A DNA stretch of 32,000 nt from Acinetobacter wanghuae (lineage in GTDB: Bacteria > Pseudomonadota > Gammaproteobacteria > Pseudomonadales > Moraxellaceae): assembly GCF_009557235.1 (NCBI RefSeq), contig NZ_CP045650.1:810001-842000 (forward strand), given 5' to 3'. How positions within the stretch are numbered: position 1 is the stretch's first letter; every line of letters begins with the position of its first letter. This document shows, one piece after another, positions 1-8,475 of the stretch. The notes under the pieces were generated by a model, which saw only the letters and a list, made by a program, of their open reading frames with translations, made no database searches and was not told the DNA's origin. Made by a program: the position numbers and the translations under genes.

Positions 1-540
1 ACCAAATAAAACAGTGGTGCGATCAGACAAGTCAAACCATTCAGGATGGGCAATACATTGGCGTAGTGCATCTGCATGTGAGGCTTCAACAATACCGCGC
101 TCTTGCCATTGCTGAATTTGCTTAAGCAGGGCATCCCCTTGTAATTTTTGTCCGTGATAGGGAACGTACCATTCAGGTGCTTGAGTAGAACGCCCTTGAA
201 GCACATAAGTCTCTAAGGTTTGCGTTGGTAAAGACATCACATCTTTAAGGATATATTTCTGTCCATCACGATAAAATTCAAAAATTGCATGTGCGTGTTG
301 CAAGCCTGCTTTTGCGATTTCTAATGCAGACTCAGAAGACTGCAGTCCATGCTTCACTAAATTTTTAAAATGGCGTGGGTAGTGTTTACGCCAGTTTTTT
401 TCAGCACTTGCTTGCGCGGATGAGTTTGGGTCAACGTGTGCTAAAGCGGCTGCAACAATGGAACGTCCAACTTGAGAACTACTTGGTTTTTGTTGATTTG
501 GAGCAAGGGGGAATTGAAGACCATCGATCGATGTTGACAT
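1..540 (-). CDS. Conserved hypothetical protein, N-terminal 180 codons (gene runs off the left edge of the window)
   Basis: Absent from the ORF track because it is open to position 1. The reverse complement of 1-540 reads without stops from the ATG at 538-540: MSTSIDGLQFPLAPNQQKPSSSQVGRSIVAAALAHV...QCIAHPEWFDLSDRTTVLFG. The listed + ORF 375-560 is its antisense shadow. No family recognised by eye. Confidence 0.6.
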   Translation of the reverse strand, partial: MSTSIDGLQFPLAPNQQKPSSSQVGRSIVAAALAHVDPNSSAQASAEKNWRKHYPRHFKNLVKHGLQSSESALEIAKAGLQHAHAIFEFYRDGQKYILKDVMSLPTQTLETYVLQGRSTQAPEWYVPYHGQKLQGDALLKQIQQWQERGIVEASHADALRQCIAHPEWFDLSDRTTVLFG

Positions 541-663
541 GCAAAATATCTCGTGCGTAATCGCAATTAATATACAGATGTATACATTATCGCTGCTAAC
601 TTTAGCACTCGATTGGCAATAACTGCCAACTGTATGGTTAATTTATTACGAGATATTTCAATT

Positions 664-687
664 AAAAAAAGGAAGCAAAGCTTCCTT
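664..687 (-). terminator. Intrinsic terminator downstream of the substrate-binding protein gene
   Basis: Stem AAGGAAGC/GCTTCCTT (669-676 / 680-687) preceded on the + strand by an A7 run (664-670). On the minus strand this is a hairpin followed by a T-run. Confidence 0.7.
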
Positions 688-708
688 CTAGAGTGTTTTA
701 AACCAACC

Positions 709-1647
709 TTACTTGATTGCTTGAATCAATTCTTGAAGCATAAATGCAGTATTGTTTAAGCCTGCACCGGTAATGTACCAAGCATCAGCATTTACATAGA
801 TGACTTTTTTATCCTTTAAAGCTTGAGCATTTTTAAGGGCTGGGTGCTTCAAAATATTCTCTTGTGCAGTGTACTTTTGAGTATTGACAGCACCACGATC
901 TAAAACAATGATGTAATCTGGATTTTTTGCGATTGCCGCTTCAAGGCGTTTGAGATTGGCTTCAGCGATTTTTAAAGCCTCAGGACTACCTGCTTCAGGA
1001 CGGGGTGCATCCGATTTTTCAGATAAGTCTAAAACAGACTTCAATCCGGCAAAATCATAAACAAAGCCAAAACGATCATTTTCTGCATGCGGCATAAAGT
1101 TTTGACCGACAGCAAACAGCATAAGAGCAGATTGCCCCTTGGTTTTTGCTTTAAGCGCTGCTTGTAACTTCGCAAGCTGTGCTAATTTTTCATTTGCAAT
1201 TTTTTGTTGACCAAATGCATGAGCAAGCGTATTCGTGCGCTCTTCTAAATTTGACATATAGTTCGAGGTGTCAGGCGATAAATCTAATGTTGGTGCAATC
1301 GTTTTTAAGCTTTCGGCTTTAGAGGCAGAGCGACCACCCACAATAATTAAGTCAGGCTTGGCTTGTTTTAAGACCGCTAAATCTGGCTCAAAAAGTGAAC
1401 CTGCCTTGGTGTATTGTGCAGTCTGATAGCGACTCAAATCACCATGATAACTTGAATTTGGAACGAGTTTGGCATCAATGCCTAATGCATTTAAAGTATC
1501 TAAAGCAGATAGGTCATATACCGCCAAAGTTTTAGGTATTTCTTTTAAAGCAACAACTTGGTCTTTATATTTAAAGTCCACTTGTGCGGATGCCGCACCT
1601 ATAGTTCCCAAGCCTAATAACATTAAAATAGTCAGTTTTTTTAACAC
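709..1647 (-). CDS. Periplasmic iron-siderophore ABC-transporter substrate-binding protein (FatB/CeuE/YclQ-like), orphan
   Basis: 312 aa. Sec signal peptide MLKKLTILMLLGLGTIGAASA-Q. Has KTLAVYDLSALDTLNALGI and PDLIIVGGR segments typical of Fe-siderophore binding proteins. A Fur-box-like site lies upstream. No permease or ATPase gene is adjacent. Confidence 0.8.
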   Translation of the reverse strand: MLKKLTILMLLGLGTIGAASAQVDFKYKDQVVALKEIPKTLAVYDLSALDTLNALGIDAKLVPNSSYHGDLSRYQTAQYTKAGSLFEPDLAVLKQAKPDLIIVGGRSASKAESLKTIAPTLDLSPDTSNYMSNLEERTNTLAHAFGQQKIANEKLAQLAKLQAALKAKTKGQSALMLFAVGQNFMPHAENDRFGFVYDFAGLKSVLDLSEKSDAPRPEAGSPEALKIAEANLKRLEAAIAKNPDYIIVLDRGAVNTQKYTAQENILKHPALKNAQALKDKKVIYVNADAWYITGAGLNNTAFMLQELIQAIK

Positions 1648-1689
1648 GATGTCTTACCCTCGAAATAGCCTAAGAGTAACATAATTTCA

Positions 1690-1708
1690 TTAAATGAAAA
1701 TCATTTAC
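1690..1708. promoter_or_regulatory. Putative Fur box in the promoter of the substrate-binding protein gene
   Basis: TTAAATGAAAATCATTTAC matches the 19-bp Fur consensus GATAATGATAATCATTATC at 13/19 positions (core AATGAAAATCATT). It lies 43-61 bp upstream of the start codon and downstream of the rhomboid terminator. Confidence 0.5.
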
Positions 1709-1720
1709 ATCTATAAATTT

Positions 1721-1749
1721 AAAAAGAAGGGATCTGATGATCCCTTCTT
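1721..1749 (-). terminator. Intrinsic terminator of rhomboid gene 1
   Basis: Stem GAAGGGATC/GATCCCTTC (1726-1734 / 1739-1747) with a 4-nt loop. An A5 run on the + strand gives a T-run after the hairpin on the minus strand. Confidence 0.75.
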
Positions 1750-1755
1750 ATATAG

Positions 1756-2382
1756 TTATAAAAATGGAACTTTAGCCAATTGTTGTAAAAAGTGAGGAAT
1801 CAAACGTGGTTCAATAATAATGGTGACAATGACACCATAAGCCGCACCCCAAAGATGGGCACTGTGGTTAATATTAGAGTTGCCTTTTTTACCTGACCAA
1901 ATGCTATATGCGACATACAGCACAGCGAAAATAATCGCTGGCACAGGAATAAAGAACACAAATATTAACTTCCACGGCTGAAACAGGATATATGCGAATA
2001 AGACCGCAGAGACAGCGCCTGAAGCACCTAAGCTCGCCCAACGTGGATTGTTTTTATTACTCAGGTAGCTTGGAATAATTGCCGCAATTAAACCGCCCAA
2101 ATAGAACAACACAAAACCTAAGTCGTATAAATACTGACGATAAAAACTTTCAATGATGCTGCCAAAGAAAAACAAGGTGATCATATTGAAAAGTAAATGT
2201 GCGCCATCGGCATGGATAAAACCATGACTGATAAAACGGTCATATTGACCGCGCTCAATCGCGGGTGGCCAAAAGATTAAACGATTCATTACTTGCTCTT
2301 TAGAAAAAGCAATAAACGAAATAATACAAGTAATGATGATCAATGTGACGGTATGATTAAAAGGTAAATCAAGCATTCTCAA
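1756..2382 (-). CDS. Rhomboid-family intramembrane serine protease (short form, 208 aa)
   Basis: HGFIHADGAHLLFNM (TM2 H..H...N motif), GASGAVSAVLFAY (catalytic Ser in GxSG) and HSAHLWGAAYG (catalytic His). Polytopic and hydrophobic throughout. Confidence 0.85.
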   Translation of the reverse strand: MRMLDLPFNHTVTLIIITCIISFIAFSKEQVMNRLIFWPPAIERGQYDRFISHGFIHADGAHLLFNMITLFFFGSIIESFYRQYLYDLGFVLFYLGGLIAAIIPSYLSNKNNPRWASLGASGAVSAVLFAYILFQPWKLIFVFFIPVPAIIFAVLYVAYSIWSGKKGNSNINHSAHLWGAAYGVIVTIIIEPRLIPHFLQQLAKVPFL

Positions 2383-2534
2383 TAGTCTAAACTTGGTGAT
2401 TTATGCATCATCATGCCATTAAAATTCAGTTTGCGTTGTTGTTTTATAATAAATCCGACAATTTTAGTTGAATTTTAAAATTTACCCCGCATCTTCAGTT
2501 AAAATAGCGACTTCAGCTTGAGGAAATAATTGTT

Positions 2535-3173
2535 ATGTCGACTGAGAACAGCAGCACTGCAGTTGTAAGTGAGATTCCGAATTTATTAATTACACCAACT
2601 GCTCAAGAGTATTTAAAGGATCTTTTGGAAAAACAAAATACACCGGGCATTGGTGTACGCGTTTTTGTAGAGCATCCGGGTACACCGCGTGCTGAATGTT
2701 GTATGGCATACAGTGCGCCTGACGAAGTTGTTCCTACAGATTATAAACAGGAATACCCAGAGTTTCCTGCCTTCATCGATGCCCCTTCAATTCCATATTT
2801 GCTTGATGCAGTCATTGATTACAATAAAGACCGTTTCGGTGGTCAGTTAACCTTCCGTGCACCAAACTCTAAGGTGCCACGCGTTGGTCCTGATGCATCG
2901 GTTGAAGAACGTATTACTTACGTTTTACAGTCAGAAATTAATCCGGGTCTAGCAGGGCATGGCGGTAACTGTGCACTTGTTGAAGTGAAAGAAGATGCAG
3001 AACATGGTTTAACCGCTGTGCTTAAATTCGGTGGTGGTTGCCAAGGGTGTTCAGCGATTGATATCACCTTAAAACAAGGTGTAGAAACAACCTTGAAACA
3101 GCATATTCCTGAATTGGCACATGTGGTTGATGAAACCGATCATAGCCAATCTGAAGGTGCGTATATGAAATAA
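2535..3173 (+). CDS. nfuA: Fe-S cluster biogenesis/carrier protein NfuA
   Basis: 212 aa. N-terminal degenerate A-type (IscA-like) domain plus C-terminal Nfu domain with the CxxC motif (KFGGGCQGCSAIDITLKQGVE). SD GAGGAA lies upstream of the ATG. Confidence 0.9.
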   Translation: MSTENSSTAVVSEIPNLLITPTAQEYLKDLLEKQNTPGIGVRVFVEHPGTPRAECCMAYSAPDEVVPTDYKQEYPEFPAFIDAPSIPYLLDAVIDYNKDRFGGQLTFRAPNSKVPRVGPDASVEERITYVLQSEINPGLAGHGGNCALVEVKEDAEHGLTAVLKFGGGCQGCSAIDITLKQGVETTLKQHIPELAHVVDETDHSQSEGAYMK

Positions 3174-3197
3174 CGCCAATTCGCGTAGATTTCAGTT

Positions 3198-3226
3198 AAA
3201 AACCTCAGATTTCTGAGGTTTTTTTA
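3198..3226 (+). terminator. Intrinsic terminator of nfuA
   Basis: AACCTCAG-ATTT-CTGAGGTT followed by T7 (aaaaacctcagatttctgaggttttttt). Confidence 0.85.
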
Positions 3227-3237
3227 TATTTATATAA

Positions 3238-3256
3238 ATTAATGAGAACAATTATC
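3238..3256. promoter_or_regulatory. Putative Fur box upstream of the TonB-dependent receptor
   Basis: ATTAATGAGAACAATTATC matches the Fur consensus GATAATGATAATCATTATC at 14/19 positions. It lies 93-111 bp upstream of the ATG. A weaker second match (11/19) is at 3272-3290. Confidence 0.5.
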
Positions 3257-3348
3257 AATAGTAATTGCATTTAGATTTTAAATCATTACAATGTGCAACA
3301 TTAAAGCCATGTTTTGTTCACAATCAAATTTTTTAGGGTTTTTAGGGT

Positions 3349-5397
3349 ATGAATAAGCCGTTATTAAAATCGACTTTAGCATTTGCTGTCCTGTCAGCAA
3401 TGGCAGCAAATTCTCAAGCAGAAGATGTGATCCAACAACAAGAAAAAGTAAAATTAGAAACGATTATTGTCACTACAGCGGGTGGTTTTGAACAAAACAT
3501 CGCGGATGCACCAGCGTCAATTTCAGTGATTACTGCAGAAGAATTACAAAAAAAATCCTATACCGATGTGATTGATGCTGTTAAGAACATGCCAGGTGTG
3601 TCTGTTCAAGGCGGTGGTAATAATAAAGAAATTACCATCCGTGGCATGGGCGCAAGCTATACCAAGTATCTTGTAGATGGCAGACCAGTCAGTGCAGGTC
3701 GAGCAGTCAATGGCAATGGAACAGACGGTGGCAAAATTGGAGCATATTTGCCGCCCATCGATATGATTGAACGCATTGAAGTGGTTCGTGGTCCAATGTC
3801 ATCACTATATGGTTCAGATGCGATGGGTGGTGTAATCAACATTATTACCAAAAAAGCATCGAAGAGTCATTGGTATGGCAGTATTTCACCTGAATATACA
3901 AAATCGGACAACGACTATGCTAATGATAGCTATGGCGTGAGCATGTATGCGGCAGGTCCACTGATTAAAGATAAATTATCGTTAAGTATTGATGCTAATT
4001 TCCAAGGTAATGATGAAAGTGACTATGTCGGTGGAGAAGGACAAAAATCGGGTTCGAGCGAGTCTGAAAAGAAAGTTAGAAAATTAGGAACAGAGTTGGT
4101 GTGGAATGTCGATGAAAATAACGACATTGGTTTACGATATGATTTTACAGGGCAACAATACACAACAACACTCGGGAAAAGCGTTGATATAGCAACGCAA
4201 GCATCGATTAATGAAAATGAAAAAAACCTCTACACCTTAAGCCATAAAGCGCGCTACGATAATTTTAGCCTTGATTCTTACTATCAAGATGAAACCACTA
4301 AGAAAGTGTACAGCGGAGCAGTTGCCGACGAAAAAGAAGAACAATTAAAAATCTTTAATACACAAGGCTCTTTCTTTGTAGGTAATCACGCTTTAACAGT
4401 CGGTGGACAATATCAACAAGAAAAAATTACAGATACGACAAATGGTTTAGCGAGCATTACAGGACTTACTCATTTAGATCGTTGGTTATTTGCACTCTAT
4501 GCAGAAGATGAATGGAGCATTACTGATGATTTCGCTCTAACGATCGGTGCGCGTTATAATAAAGATGAATATTTTGGTGGTGAGATTACACCACGTATTT
4601 ATGGTGTTTATCATTTAACTGATACGTTTACCCTAAAAGGTGGCGTAAGTACTGGTTATAAACAACCGACAATTAGCCAAATCTCAGAAGGTTTTGGTAG
4701 CAGAACGGGTAAGGGCAGTGGGGTCATTATTGGTAATCCAGACTTATCGCCAGAGAAAAGTACCAGTTATGAATTTGGCTTTAACTATTCGGCACCTGAG
4801 CTTGGCTTAAGCAGTAGTTTAATGGTCTTTAAATCTGATTTTAAAGACAAAATCGTAGAAGATCGTTTATGCGAAACGCCTGGTACAGACAATAGTTCAC
4901 CTGTAGAAGATTGGAAGTGTTCTGCATTTGATAAGCCTTATCGTTTTGTCAGCCAAATGAAAAATGTCTCAGAAGCTGAAATGAAAGGTTTAGAGTTTAC
5001 GTTAGACTATGATGTACTCGATAATTTGCATGCAAGTACCAGTTATACCTATACAGAATCTGAGCAAAAGACGGGTGAATTTAAGGGACAACCTTTAAAT
5101 AAAATGCCAAAGCACATGCTGAATGTAGGTCTAGACTATGATGTTTCAGACACATGGAACACATGGATGGACTATAACTACCGTGGCAAAACGAGCGATT
5201 ATTTAAGTCGTACTGAAATGGATAAAGGCACACCAGCGTATGGTACCTTTGATGCAGGTGCTGTATTTAAAGCAACTGATAAATTGAGTCTGACCGCAGG
5301 TATTTATAATATTACCAATAAAGAAATTACCAATGGCGACTACGATATCGTATTAGATGGTCGTCGATACACAGTGGGTATGAATATTAAGTTTTAA
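3349..5397 (+). CDS. TonB-dependent outer-membrane receptor, CirA/catecholate-siderophore-receptor-like
   Basis: 682 aa. Signal peptide ends ANSQA-ED. TonB box ETIIVT. Plug motifs ADAPASISVIT, IRGMG and IEVVRGPMSSLYGSDAMGGVINIITK. The beta-barrel ends in a terminal Phe (GMNIKF). The N-terminus aligns by eye with E. coli CirA. Confidence 0.9.
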   Translation: MNKPLLKSTLAFAVLSAMAANSQAEDVIQQQEKVKLETIIVTTAGGFEQNIADAPASISVITAEELQKKSYTDVIDAVKNMPGVSVQGGGNNKEITIRGMGASYTKYLVDGRPVSAGRAVNGNGTDGGKIGAYLPPIDMIERIEVVRGPMSSLYGSDAMGGVINIITKKASKSHWYGSISPEYTKSDNDYANDSYGVSMYAAGPLIKDKLSLSIDANFQGNDESDYVGGEGQKSGSSESEKKVRKLGTELVWNVDENNDIGLRYDFTGQQYTTTLGKSVDIATQASINENEKNLYTLSHKARYDNFSLDSYYQDETTKKVYSGAVADEKEEQLKIFNTQGSFFVGNHALTVGGQYQQEKITDTTNGLASITGLTHLDRWLFALYAEDEWSITDDFALTIGARYNKDEYFGGEITPRIYGVYHLTDTFTLKGGVSTGYKQPTISQISEGFGSRTGKGSGVIIGNPDLSPEKSTSYEFGFNYSAPELGLSSSLMVFKSDFKDKIVEDRLCETPGTDNSSPVEDWKCSAFDKPYRFVSQMKNVSEAEMKGLEFTLDYDVLDNLHASTSYTYTESEQKTGEFKGQPLNKMPKHMLNVGLDYDVSDTWNTWMDYNYRGKTSDYLSRTEMDKGTPAYGTFDAGAVFKATDKLSLTAGIYNITNKEITNGDYDIVLDGRRYTVGMNIKF

Positions 5398-5407
5398 TTT
5401 TTGCCAT

Positions 5408-5436
5408 AAAAAAAGCCGCGTTAAGCGGCTTTTTTA
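5408..5436. terminator. Bidirectional intrinsic terminator between convergent genes
   Basis: aaaaaaAGCCGCgttaaGCGGCTttttt: GC stem flanked by an A-run and a T-run. The minus-strand gene stop (5438) abuts it. Confidence 0.85.
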
Positions 5437-5437
5437 T

Positions 5438-6444
5438 TTATTCAATATTTAAAATTTTTAACGTGTTCTCAGAATAGTAAAATTTTTCTAAATAGAGTCG
5501 TGCACGACCACGTAAATAGTCTTGAGAAATTAGTTGTTGAATGATGGGATTAAGTAAATGAGATAACTCATGTTCAATCAAAGATGCATCAATATTCAGA
5601 TCACGCAATAATTGATCAAACGTATGCTGTTGATTGCGGATATACCACGCATATACGCCATCATGCACTTGCTGCTTCAAGTAATCTGTTTGACGAATGT
5701 GATCCCAAATGTCATGTCCCATCGCAACCGTTTTTGGCAAGTCCTGAACTTCAATATAGTTTTTTAACACAGCCAATGGCATGCTTTTAATTTTATGCCA
5801 AAGATTGGCTTGAAAATGATAGAGCTTTTCATCATCAAAATGCTGATTTAAAACGCTTTCACTCATTTGACTGAGTTTTAAAATGTTCTTTTGCAAATAT
5901 TTAGCAATCGCGTCATCTAGATTGGTATCGGTCACATTTTCCAATACAGACTTGCCCATTTTCATAAAGCGCGATACACCGGGAACGCTTTTCGCAATCA
6001 CAGAATTATCTAAATAATCTTGAATCGAATGCTGAATGAGTTGTGTGATCATGGCTGAAAAAGCAGGATTATTGACCACAGCTTTGATTAAACGCTGACG
6101 ATGTCCACTTTTACTTGCCACATATTGTGCAATTTGATCAATGGTCAGAACTGAAATAACATCTTCAATTTTCGTGTTTTCATTGCTCGGATGTACCAAA
6201 GCAAAACGAATATGTTCTGCAATTTGCTCAATTAAAAAAAGCACTGGCAGGGGTGGCTAAAATCTGTTTTTTGAATCAGTTGATTGATCTGGTCAAATGA
6301 CCAAAGATCTTGCAAAGTTTGCTTACGAAACCAGAGATAAAATTGCTGAAACTCGGCTTGAACGTTCTCGGCATTCGAAAATGATTGGTCTAGGAAGTCG
6401 AGCTGAGCATCAATCAATTGCTCGATCAAAGGGAGTTTCTGCAT
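5438..6444 (-). pseudogene. Conserved hypothetical protein (about 336 aa if intact) split by a 1-nt frameshift in a T7 homopolymer
   Basis: ORFs 6232-6444 (70 aa) and 5438-6244 (268 aa) overlap by 13 nt, are on the same strand and differ by one frame. The switch must lie in 6234-6256, which contains A7 on the + strand (6234-6240). One extra T restores ...SHPCQCFFLIEQIAEHIRF... The first ORF starts 16 bp after the upstream hydrolase stop. Confidence 0.65.
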
Positions 6445-6460
6445 AGGGTCTCTGAAACGT

Positions 6461-7498
6461 TTAGTTTAAAGGAATGAGTTTATCAGCTAGTGGGTTTTTT
6501 AGGGTCTGTGTCTTGGCAAGGAACGGTAAATAATACTGTGCGACTTGCTCTTCTGCTTCCAAAATCGGCATATGTCCGACATTGTTTAAAATAATCGGAG
6601 TTTCAGGGCGTTTTAATAAGGAATACAACTCTTTTGCGACTTCAACATTAAAAATTCGATCTTGTTTGCCCCATAAAATTAAGGTCGGTGCTTCAATACT
6701 TTTGGTCAGGCGTGCGAAAGATTCAGGGGTATATAAACGACTGAGCATGACCACTTGATCAATGGCTTTTAAGCTTTGTTCAGACTTGGAAATCAGTAAT
6801 TTTTCTTGTGCATGTTTAAGCGGAAAGGGCATATCGGGTGGATTTTGCATCAGCTGTTTGGAAACCTCAGCAAGATCACCGGGTTTGGTGACAATCAAGT
6901 TTTTTAATCGGCTTGGATTTTTGCTGTAGGGGGTATTTGCCCCTTTATAAATACCCGCACTATTTAATAAAAATAAACTTTGTGTATCGAAAGGGTATTG
7001 AGCGGCATATACCGTTGCAATTGAACCGCCAAGTGAATGACCCGCAATATTCAATTTTTCATCAATATTTAAAGCCTCAACCAACATTCGTAATTGAGAG
7101 GTCACATTTGGAATAGAAACATCAAAATTTTCAGGGGTTTTGGTTTCGCCATTGGTTGGTAAATCGGGAATAATAATATGATAGGACGGTGTCAGAAATT
7201 TAGCGACGCGATTCCAATTGTCGCGGGTTCCACTTAAACCGTGAATGAGCAAAATCGTCGGCTTATTTTTCATCCCACCTTCGCTATAGCGCCATGTGAC
7301 ATCACCGACTTGTAGGGTGCGACTGACTAAACCCGCATCAGTACGTTGGTGTATTAAATATTGTTGAAATGGACTTTGTGGTTTTTCAATTTGAGCCGCC
7401 ATACTTTGGTGACTGATCACGCTGCTGGTGAGGGTCACCAAAACAGATAGGCTTAAAGTTGAGCAAAATGATCGAAACGATTTTTTAATTTTTGTCAT
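6461..7498 (-). CDS. Secreted alpha/beta-fold hydrolase (lipase/esterase-like)
   Basis: 345 aa. Signal peptide ends SHQSMA-AQ. ILLIHGLSGTRDNW (oxyanion region), nucleophile elbow GHSLGG and C-terminal His in NNVGHMP. Confidence 0.85.
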   Translation of the reverse strand: MTKIKKSFRSFCSTLSLSVLVTLTSSVISHQSMAAQIEKPQSPFQQYLIHQRTDAGLVSRTLQVGDVTWRYSEGGMKNKPTILLIHGLSGTRDNWNRVAKFLTPSYHIIIPDLPTNGETKTPENFDVSIPNVTSQLRMLVEALNIDEKLNIAGHSLGGSIATVYAAQYPFDTQSLFLLNSAGIYKGANTPYSKNPSRLKNLIVTKPGDLAEVSKQLMQNPPDMPFPLKHAQEKLLISKSEQSLKAIDQVVMLSRLYTPESFARLTKSIEAPTLILWGKQDRIFNVEVAKELYSLLKRPETPIILNNVGHMPILEAEEQVAQYYLPFLAKTQTLKNPLADKLIPLN

Positions 7499-7804
7499 TC
7501 CTGATCTCCCCCGAAATCAAAACATCAATCATTCAATATTATTTTATTTATAACCCAAGCATTGGATGCGTTAATGAGCTAATCATCTTGATTCTATTCT
7601 AAATAATTTATAACAAATGTCACTCATTACGTCCAAAGTATTCTAAAAACTTAAATGGAAAAAGTGACAGACCACGATAAATTGGGGTGTTTTTGTCTAT
7701 TAATACACCCGAATTTATTTTAATCAGCTAAAGTTTTTGCAAGTGACAAGCAAACGCGCTGGTATTACTATATTGCAACTTAAAACATCGGTGGTAATAG
7801 AAGA

Positions 7805-8419
7805 ATGCTCACAGCTCAAGAAGCTTTAGAACGTCTCAAATTGGGTAACCAACGTTTTGTTAGTGGTCAAATGGCACATGTGAAAATGCTTTCACATCAA
7901 CAGCGTGCTGAAATGGCAGAAAGCCAAGAACCATTTGCAATTGTTTTAGGATGTTCAGATTCACGTGTCCCTGCTGAGATGGTATTTGACCAAGGCTTAG
8001 GTGATTTATTTGTGATTCGTGTCGCGGGTAATATCGTTGCGCCGTCACAAGTGGGTAGTGTGGAATTTGCAGCTGAAAGTTTCGGTTGCCCTGTGGTCAT
8101 TGTATTGGGTCACACACATTGTGGTGCGATTAAATCGACGATTAATGCATTAATGAATCCGAAAACCCCACCATCTGCGAACTTGATGTCAATTGTCAAC
8201 CGCGTCCGTCCATCCGTTGAAATCTTACTGCAAACTGAGCTCAAAGATGACCTGAATAAATTGTCACAACATGCAGTACGTTCAAACGTCTTTGCATCAG
8301 TGAATCAATTACGTCATGGTTCTGCGGTGTTAGAAAACTTAATTGCTAAAGGTCAATTAAAAGTGGTGGGTGCTGAGTACTCGCTTGAAACAGGTGAAGT
8401 TTCTTTCTACGATTTCTAA
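7805..8419 (+). CDS. Beta-class carbonic anhydrase
   Basis: 204 aa. Zinc-ligand motifs CSDSRVP (C-x-D-x-R) and GHTHCGA (H-x-x-C). Confidence 0.9.
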   Translation: MLTAQEALERLKLGNQRFVSGQMAHVKMLSHQQRAEMAESQEPFAIVLGCSDSRVPAEMVFDQGLGDLFVIRVAGNIVAPSQVGSVEFAAESFGCPVVIVLGHTHCGAIKSTINALMNPKTPPSANLMSIVNRVRPSVEILLQTELKDDLNKLSQHAVRSNVFASVNQLRHGSAVLENLIAKGQLKVVGAEYSLETGEVSFYDF

Positions 8420-8445
8420 ATCACAGCTTAAAATATGAAAACATC

Positions 8446-8475
8446 ATTAAAGGCGCTTTATAAAGCGCCTTTAAT
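8446..8475. terminator. 30-bp perfect palindrome serving convergent carbonic anhydrase and tesA genes
   Basis: ATTAAAGGCGCTTTA|TAAAGCGCCTTTAAT is its own reverse complement. It starts 27 nt after the carbonic anhydrase stop and contains the tesA stop codon and last 5 codons (IKGAL*). Confidence 0.55.

Noticed and set aside
2383-2534. IscR type-2 site upstream of nfuA
   Set aside because: The best candidate (TTTACCCCGCATCTTCAGTTAAAATA) matches too few of the defining positions of the type-2 consensus to be claimed by eye.
5438-7498. Secreted hydrolase plus downstream gene as a lipase/lipase-specific-foldase (Lif) pair
   Set aside because: Lif chaperones carry an N-terminal membrane anchor and act in the periplasm. 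The downstream protein starts MQKLPLIEQLIDAQ..., with no signal peptide or TM segment. In known Acinetobacter lipBA the chaperone precedes the lipase.
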